This document shows positions 16,652 to 22,150 of a DNA stretch of 64,000 bases, piece after piece. The DNA is from Nanobdellota archaeon (GTDB lineage Archaea > Nanobdellota > Nanobdellia > Pacearchaeales > GW2011-AR1), in contig JBBTAN010000017.1 in the NCBI GenBank assembly GCA_038044205.1, forward strand, positions 104,452 to 168,451, written 5' to 3'. Below the pieces are notes generated by a model, which saw only the letters and a list, made by a program, of their open reading frames with translations, ran no database searches and had not been told where the DNA came from. The position numbers and the translations under genes are program-made. Each line of letters opens with the position of its first letter. Position 1 is the stretch's first letter.

Positions 16652-16687
16652 GCCAATGGTTAGCTTACAAAAACAAGGGGATAGGAA

Positions 16688-16939
16688 ATGGCAAAGTTGA
16701 TGACGGAAAAGGAAGCCCAGTCTCATGGATTGAGGATCGTTCGTCTTGTGGGCGACAAGCCCTATGCGGGACGCAATCGGACCAAGATAGGTCCGATTGC
16801 CGAGAAGGCCGTGTCGAATCCGAAAGCCCGTATCGAATCAGAGATTCTCGCGGCCTTGCGCGAAGTCTCGGAAGGTTCGGAAGGCGGAAGAGCGGCCCGC
16901 GCGCTTCGCATAACCGAAAGGACGCTCAAGATCAGCTAA
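16688..16939 (+). CDS. small HTH DNA-binding protein (GC-rich cassette)
   Basis: C-terminal AARALRITERTLK resembles Fis/excisionase-type HTH. Confidence 0.5.
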   Translation: MAKLMTEKEAQSHGLRIVRLVGDKPYAGRNRTKIGPIAEKAVSNPKARIESEILAALREVSEGSEGGRAARALRITERTLKIS

Positions 16940-16942
16940 ACA

Positions 16943-16990
16943 AAAGAAATAAATACATGAATTAAGTTTCATGTATTTATTTCTTTTTAT
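16943..16990 (+). terminator. rho-independent terminator
   Basis: 19-bp stem AAAGAAATAAATACATGAA/TTCATGTATTTATTTCTTT plus T-run. Confidence 0.7.
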
Positions 16991-17003
16991 TATTTTTTAT
17001 TGA

Positions 17004-17011
17004 TGCCCGGA
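17004..17011 (+). promoter_or_regulatory. orphan TGCCCGGA box (copy o) lacking the TATT/G downstream elements
   Basis: octamer present; followed by G/C-tract hairpins, no gene. Confidence 0.3.
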
Positions 17012-17117
17012 GATAATATAAAAACAGCCCAAAAACCCACCCCCCACCCCCGTAGTGGGGGCATAAAAAAAATCAAATATCATTTTTTACCCTTTAGGGG
17101 ACCCCCCTTTCTCTTAT

Positions 17118-17162
17118 GGGGGTGTGTTTTAGGAAATGGTATTTTCTCGATATAAGGGATTC
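17118..17162 (+). repeat. ~46-nt degenerate intergenic repeat R1
   Basis: GGGGGTGTGTTTTAGGAAATGGTATTTT..ATATAAGGGATTC. Confidence 0.7.
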
Positions 17163-17263
17163 TATTCAATAAAAAATAAAAAAAATAAAAATAAATATAA
17201 GTATTATATAAGTATATACGGTATAAGGGGTTATATTTATTTTTATTATAATTTTATTTTAGA

Positions 17264-17308
17264 GGTGGTGGTTGTTTGAAAAGTGATTTTATGTAAGTAA
17301 GGGTTCCC
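17264..17308 (+). repeat. degenerate repeat R2
   Basis: GGTGGTGGTTGTTTGAAAAGTGATTTT..AAGTAAGGGTTCCC. Confidence 0.6.
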
Positions 17309-17357
17309 TGTTTGGGAAATAATATTTTATTTTATATTTTATAGGAGAATGGAAATA

Positions 17358-17405
17358 GGGGGTGGCCTGTTTTAAAAAGTGGAAAATATCAAGTTAAGGG
17401 ATTCC
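17358..17405 (+). repeat. degenerate repeat R3
   Basis: GGGGGTGGCCTGTTTTAAAAAGTGGAAAAT..AGTTAAGGGATTCC. Confidence 0.7.
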
Positions 17406-17459
17406 ATGCGGGATAATATATTATTTATTTTATTATATTTTTTGAGGATGATGAAAACA

Positions 17460-17505
17460 GGGTGGGGTATTTTAGAAAATGGAAAATATTTATATAAAGG
17501 ATTCC
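17460..17505 (+). repeat. degenerate repeat R4
   Basis: GGGTGGGGTATTTTAGAAAATGGAAAAT..TATAAAGGATTCC; GATCCGG palindrome 42 nt downstream. Confidence 0.7.
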
Positions 17506-17635
17506 AGGGATTGGAGTTATATATTTTATTTATTATTAGAAGAGAAGATCCGGAGCCGGATCGGGAATCGACTATGGAAGAATGGGGGAAATTGGTGTCA
17601 ATAGTGATATAATTACGATAAAGGATAAATAAAAA

Positions 17636-17899
17636 ATGGAAATAAAATATAATGATTGGCTGGACACTATTGATGAAGAAGGAATATATATCATGGTGGA
17701 AGTGTTTGGTCCTTCCGGTAAGATTACGAGAGATAGTATTGATGGAGCTTTTATTCATTTAAATAAAGATCAGTTATGTTTATCGGCAATGGAAGCTATG
17801 CAAGACATTCCTTTGATGACATCGAAGTCTCCGTCTATTAAATTTGAGGATATGATGGTAACATGTGCAATTCAGCGAGCTTATCATGCTCGCTGTTGA
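17636..17899 (+). CDS. hypothetical protein
   Basis: 87 aa, SD AAAGGA. Confidence 0.5.
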   Translation: MEIKYNDWLDTIDEEGIYIMVEVFGPSGKITRDSIDGAFIHLNKDQLCLSAMEAMQDIPLMTSKSPSIKFEDMMVTCAIQRAYHARC

Positions 17900-18083
17900 G
17901 TTGATTCCTGAAATAAATGAGTTACTTAATTCTGGAGAAAATAGATTACAAGGGACTATTATTTTTGTTCCTAAAGGGAAAAGGATAAAAAATAGTATAA
18001 CTGAAAAAGAAATAGTAAGATGGATATATGGTCCAAAGGATTCAGTGTTTGAAGGTATATCTTTCATTCCATTAAAAAATTAA
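17865..18083 (+). CDS. hypothetical protein (overlaps previous ORF by 35 nt, no SD; possibly one frameshifted gene)
   Basis: 72-aa ORF in a different frame from 17636 ORF. Confidence 0.3.
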   Translation: MQFSELIMLAVELIPEINELLNSGENRLQGTIIFVPKGKRIKNSITEKEIVRWIYGPKDSVFEGISFIPLKN

Positions 18084-18205
18084 AATATATTATTTTTATA
18101 TTACATCAAGTGTATTTCATGCTTTAGATGAAAAGGAAGTCACCTGGATGATTTTTGTTGGTTTACGGGCAAATGGATAGGGTATTATGGGAGGAAGAAA
18201 TAGAT

Positions 18206-18251
18206 GGGGGTGGTATTTTGAAAATGGATTTTTATCAATTAAAGGATTCCC
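18206..18251 (+). repeat. degenerate repeat R5
   Basis: GGGGGTGGTATTTTGAAAATGGATTTTT..ATTAAAGGATTCCC; GATCCGA 36 nt downstream; 88 nt before ATG 18339. Confidence 0.7.
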
Positions 18252-18338
18252 GGTTAGAAAAATAAAAAAATAAATATATTTAAATTGATCCGATGAGTAA
18301 GGGAATAATTTTTATTTAATAAATAAAGGAGAATGTAA

Positions 18339-19070
18339 ATGATTAAAAAATTAAATAAGAAACAGGAAATTTTGCTTTTAAAATATAGGGAGAAATGGTT
18401 AAATATTTCTTTATCTACGGAACCTGCTGATCGTATTAGAGCAGAGAATGGAATTAAGGATGCTTATCGAGTTGTTGGTAAGAATATTCCAAAACGGATT
18501 GAATGGGTAGATTCTCCGAAGGCTATGGCTAAAATTGCCATAAAGGAAGGTAGGAATTTAGCATGTAAACCTTTAGTTGGATTAATTCGTGATACTGTAT
18601 TATATTCAATAATAAATCCTGCGAAAAAGTATATGTCTGATTCTATATTTGCTCATGTATGTGAGATATGGCCAAGTATTGGAGATTCTATATGGTATTA
18701 TATAATGGATTCGGTATGGAGCGATGTTCGTGTTTTTGTTTGTTTTGGACAATATGACCCTTATTGGTGGGCTTCTTATGAATACATGGGAGATGTTCTT
18801 GGTATGAAGAATGAGGTAATTCCGATGCGAGGAATGATGGAGATAGCTCAATCTGCAGGGTGGTGGATGCCATGTGAGGATGTATGTTTTATTTCTGAAC
18901 GTCCTTGTGAGTTACATTTAAATGAAAAAGGTCAACTTCATAGGGATAAAGGAATGGCTATTATATGGCCAGATGGTTGGGGAATACGTTGTATTAATGG
19001 AAAAGCAATATCGCGTGAGAAAGTAGGAAAATTTGGAAATGGTTATAATAAAGTGGCATTGGTAAAATAA
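18339..19070 (+). CDS. hypothetical protein (recalls the DUF6745-type family; unverified)
   Basis: 243 aa; N-terminal W..I.LSTEPADR..AE and C-terminal SERP..LH..G.LH.D.G.AI.WPDGW patterns. Confidence 0.55.
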   Translation: MIKKLNKKQEILLLKYREKWLNISLSTEPADRIRAENGIKDAYRVVGKNIPKRIEWVDSPKAMAKIAIKEGRNLACKPLVGLIRDTVLYSIINPAKKYMSDSIFAHVCEIWPSIGDSIWYYIMDSVWSDVRVFVCFGQYDPYWWASYEYMGDVLGMKNEVIPMRGMMEIAQSAGWWMPCEDVCFISERPCELHLNEKGQLHRDKGMAIIWPDGWGIRCINGKAISREKVGKFGNGYNKVALVK

Positions 19071-19225
19071 TATAAAAAATAAATATATTTTTATTTATAT
19101 TTTTATAAAGGAGAAAGTTGGTGGGTAAAAATAAAGTATGTAATACATCTATACCAGATGATATAGTTAAAGGGGATGAGGATAATCCTCATGCTATAAA
19201 TCATATAGTAAAAAGATAGGATGAA

Positions 19226-19936
19226 GTGTATAAGGGGAAATTATCAATAGAGCCTGGGTATATAAATATAAACATATATAAAAAGGATAATGATATATAT
19301 GAATATTTAATATCACAAGGATGTAAAGGGAAAGAAGAGATAAAAGATATTATGATATGTTGGATGCAGACGAAGAGGTATTTATATCAAGATGTAGTAT
19401 TTTTGAATAATAGTGGAAAGTCATATGGGGTAAAACTTTATGATAGCAACAAAGGTTTACAGAAGAACGAGAGATTATATGTAATAGATAAATATAAATC
19501 AAAGAGTTGTTTGAAGTTATTTTGTCAGAAGATGTATCCAGAAATATATGGAGGTGCAGTTTATTTAGATATAGAAGAAAAAGGGATAATAAATAGTTCA
19601 AATATATTAGATGGATTTGATATGATATTGTATGATACAGGGAGTCAGGATAATCATAAATTGATGTTGTATAGTTCATGTATTAGTGGATTACGGAAGA
19701 ATTATAATGGATTTACAGGGGAAAATGTACTAAAAGTAGTTTTTGAGAATAGTGAGCAAATAACAGAAGAGAAGTCTGGTGATTATGGAGATAGTGTAAA
19801 AAAGATGTTTGAAATTTGTAAGAGGAAGGGAATAAAATTAAATTTATATAATAGTTCAGGTGCGGTTACGGTAAAAGATATAAAAGAAGATAAGGATGGG
19901 AATAAAAATATTATTGTTGATAAAGTTGAGAAATAA
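19226..19936 (+). CDS. hypothetical protein; in frame with an SD-led 32-codon ORF (19121..19216) across a single TAG
   Basis: GTG start has poor SD; upstream GTG 19121 has AAAGGAGAAAG SD; TAG at 19217-19219 in frame. Confidence 0.5.
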   Translation: MYKGKLSIEPGYININIYKKDNDIYEYLISQGCKGKEEIKDIMICWMQTKRYLYQDVVFLNNSGKSYGVKLYDSNKGLQKNERLYVIDKYKSKSCLKLFCQKMYPEIYGGAVYLDIEEKGIINSSNILDGFDMILYDTGSQDNHKLMLYSSCISGLRKNYNGFTGENVLKVVFENSEQITEEKSGDYGDSVKKMFEICKRKGIKLNLYNSSGAVTVKDIKEDKDGNKNIIVDKVEK

Positions 19937-19951
19937 AAAAGGAGAATGAAA

Positions 19952-20365
19952 ATGAACATTGGATTGTGTATTGGATTTGATATATTTGTTGGTTATTCTG
20001 TAAAATATAATGATTTATTAAAGAAATATAAAGTTAGGACAAAGGATGATATTGTTATCAAGATAAATGGTGAGACCTTTGACGAAACTGAAGACGAAGA
20101 TTTTTTGGGTGAAGTAGCTGATATTGTTGGAGCTAGATCTTTTTATTTGAACTGGGTTAATAAACAAAGAGTTTATTTTGGACCGAAAGTAAAAGAAATT
20201 GGTAATGATACAGAATATGGGGGTATTTTTGTTGGTAATGATTTAGATTTTAATTCTGTATTGAGTAGTAAAGATGAAATAATTAAAATTGGTAAAGGTC
20301 TTAAGAAACTAAAAATTCCTTTTATTGGTCCAAGAATTTTTTTGGATTCATGGGACAGTAGATAA
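19952..20365 (+). CDS. hypothetical protein
   Basis: second in-frame ATG has correct SD spacing. Confidence 0.6.
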   Translation: MNIGLCIGFDIFVGYSVKYNDLLKKYKVRTKDDIVIKINGETFDETEDEDFLGEVADIVGARSFYLNWVNKQRVYFGPKVKEIGNDTEYGGIFVGNDLDFNSVLSSKDEIIKIGKGLKKLKIPFIGPRIFLDSWDSR

Positions 20366-20439
20366 AAAAAAATGTCAACGGTATATGGTATAATTTTCAT
20401 TGAATCTGTCCATTTGGCAGGTTCCAAAATAAATAAAAT

Positions 20440-20566
20440 AAATTATATTCCAATTGAATATAGTTTACAAAAAAGGATCAAATTAAATCCCATTTGGATG
20501 GTCCGAACAAGAATAAACCCAATTGGTTTATTACAAATAGGCAAATTATATTCCGATTGAATATAG
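20440..20566. repeat. two 24-nt direct repeats containing near-palindrome TATTCC(A/G)ATTGAATA
   Basis: 20440-20463 and 20543-20566, one mismatch. Confidence 0.75.
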
Positions 20567-20828
20567 CCGAAACAAAAAAACAATATAACAATTTGTAATT
20601 GTAAACAAAAATATAAACATAACAAAAAAACATAATTGTGAATAAATAGAAGTTAATAATTGGTGCCAGCTAATAGTTACAATATATTGGCCTCGGCTTA
20701 AACTCAATTATTTTTTATTTATTTTATTGGAAACATGGAAACAAAAAGAAATATTTTATTTATTATGAGGTTAGGCGTAAAAAATAAAAAAATAAATATA
20801 TTATATTATATTATATTGTTTTATATAT

Positions 20829-20871
20829 GGGGTATGTTTTAAAAACGGTATTTTTCGACATAAAGGATTCC
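20829..20871 (+). repeat. degenerate repeat R6
   Basis: GGGGTATGTTTTAAAAACGGTATTTTT..ACATAAAGGATTCC; GATCCGGA 35 nt downstream. Confidence 0.7.
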
Positions 20872-21007
20872 GTAAAATAAAAAAAATTATTTATTATTTA
20901 TTAAAGATCCGGAATCATCTAAAACGGGAAAGAAAAGATATTGTAGATTAGATTTTATACAGGATTTCGATTATAAACTATATAATATAAGTATATAATA
21001 TAAGTAT

Positions 21008-21343
21008 ATGAGTAAAGATATAAATAAATCGAGATTTTTTTATCTACATGAAGAATGTAATAAATATAAAATAATAGCTCTTGAGTTGTTGCATAAAGAA
21101 TATATAAATTATGTAAGTATTTGTGTTGAACAGATGTTATCTAATCGTGTATTGACTATGCCAAGAAAAGAGAAACAGACATTTTTTATACGTGCGGAGA
21201 AGTTGACTTCGCAAATAGAGAAGAATGCTAGACAACATGCTATAGAGATAGTTTCATCGTGGGCTAAATCTGTTTATGTAAGAAAACTAAAAAGATATAT
21301 AATGGATTTATATAAAAAATATATACCCTTTTCTTGGTATTAG
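21008..21343 (+). CDS. hypothetical protein, no SD (doubtful)
   Basis: 111-aa ORF preceded by ATATAAGTAT repeats rather than an SD. Confidence 0.3.
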   Translation: MSKDINKSRFFYLHEECNKYKIIALELLHKEYINYVSICVEQMLSNRVLTMPRKEKQTFFIRAEKLTSQIEKNARQHAIEIVSSWAKSVYVRKLKRYIMDLYKKYIPFSWY

Positions 21344-21425
21344 GAAAATGGTGTGATTAGTCGCAGTATTTGATTCATTGTCTTTTTATATAACAATATA
21401 ATTTATATTTGAAGAGGATCAATAG

Positions 21426-22046
21426 GTGTATATTCAAATTACAAATCGTTGTAATATGAAATGTGCTCACTGTTGCTTTTCTTGTACAAGTAAAGGCAAG
21501 GATATGAGTATTAATATTTTTAAACAAGCTTTACAGTTAGAGGAAGGGTTTTTAGATATTGGAGGAGGGGAACCAACTATTCATCCGAAATTTTGGGAAA
21601 TTATAGGGTTATCTTTAAATTATTTTAATTCAAATTCTTTATGGTTAGCTACAAACGGTAAAAAGACAGAGACAGCTTTGCGTCTTGCTGAATTAGCTCA
21701 TAACGGAATTATGTCTGTGGATTTGTCTTGTGATGAATGGCATGAAAAAATAGATGAGCGTGTTATATCAGCTTTTAAGAAGCGATATAAGTATAAAGAT
21801 TTGAGAGGTATTAGAAAGATAAAATTAATAAAATCAGGACGTTGTTCATGGGGAGAGGAAGATATATGTGTTTGCCCTAGTTTATTTATAAATCCTTATG
21901 GTCGAGTTTATTTATGCGCTTGTAAAGATGCTGAATTTATTGGTAATGTTACAGATAAAAATATAAAGAAGAAGGTAGAGAAATATCGTGAATTGGGTTT
22001 AATTGGTAAGTGTTCATGTTCTAAATGTACAATGAGAAGTAAATGA
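21426..22046 (+). CDS. small radical SAM protein with C-terminal Cys-rich (SPASM/twitch-like) segment
   Basis: CNMKCAHC = CX3CX2C near N-terminus, GGGEPT; GTG start with GAGGA SD. Confidence 0.7.
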   Translation: MYIQITNRCNMKCAHCCFSCTSKGKDMSINIFKQALQLEEGFLDIGGGEPTIHPKFWEIIGLSLNYFNSNSLWLATNGKKTETALRLAELAHNGIMSVDLSCDEWHEKIDERVISAFKKRYKYKDLRGIRKIKLIKSGRCSWGEEDICVCPSLFINPYGRVYLCACKDAEFIGNVTDKNIKKKVEKYRELGLIGKCSCSKCTMRSK

Positions 22047-22150
22047 TAAAAATTATATATTCTAACTGATCCTTCTGTCAATGGAGTTATATTTATTATT
22101 TTAGGCCAACATGGATGATTTGTATATGGTTTATGGGGCAATAAAATATA

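Noticed and set aside
11501-16965. Many overlapping ORFs on both strands (e.g. 11754..12284, 11848..12099, 12397..12891, 15552..15956, 16345..16575, 16561..16965)
   Set aside because: They arise because the GC-rich inserts are stop-poor in all frames. They lack SDs, cross promoters and terminators, and overlap better-supported + strand genes.
3358-17011. Integron-like attC cassette array
   Set aside because: The hairpins carry T-runs typical of terminators and lack the RYYYAAC/GTTRRRY core sites. Each cassette has its own promoter, and no integrase is present.
17118-17505. Possible CRISPR array formed by the four tandem ~46-nt repeats
   Set aside because: The repeats are degenerate rather than near-identical. 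The period is irregular and too long (94-146 nt), the spacers are simple AT-rich sequence, and no cas genes are present.
17379-17758. ORFs 17379..17612 (+) and 17372..17758 (-)
   Set aside because: They lie across the degenerate repeat array, have no SD and give low-complexity translations.
21008-21343. Possible decayed TnpB N-terminal fragment
   Set aside because: Only a vague LTSQ..KNARQHAIE..SSW resemblance to OrfB-type N-termini is visible. There is no detectable similarity to the intact TnpB in this window and no RuvC motifs, so the ORF is kept as a doubtful hypothetical.
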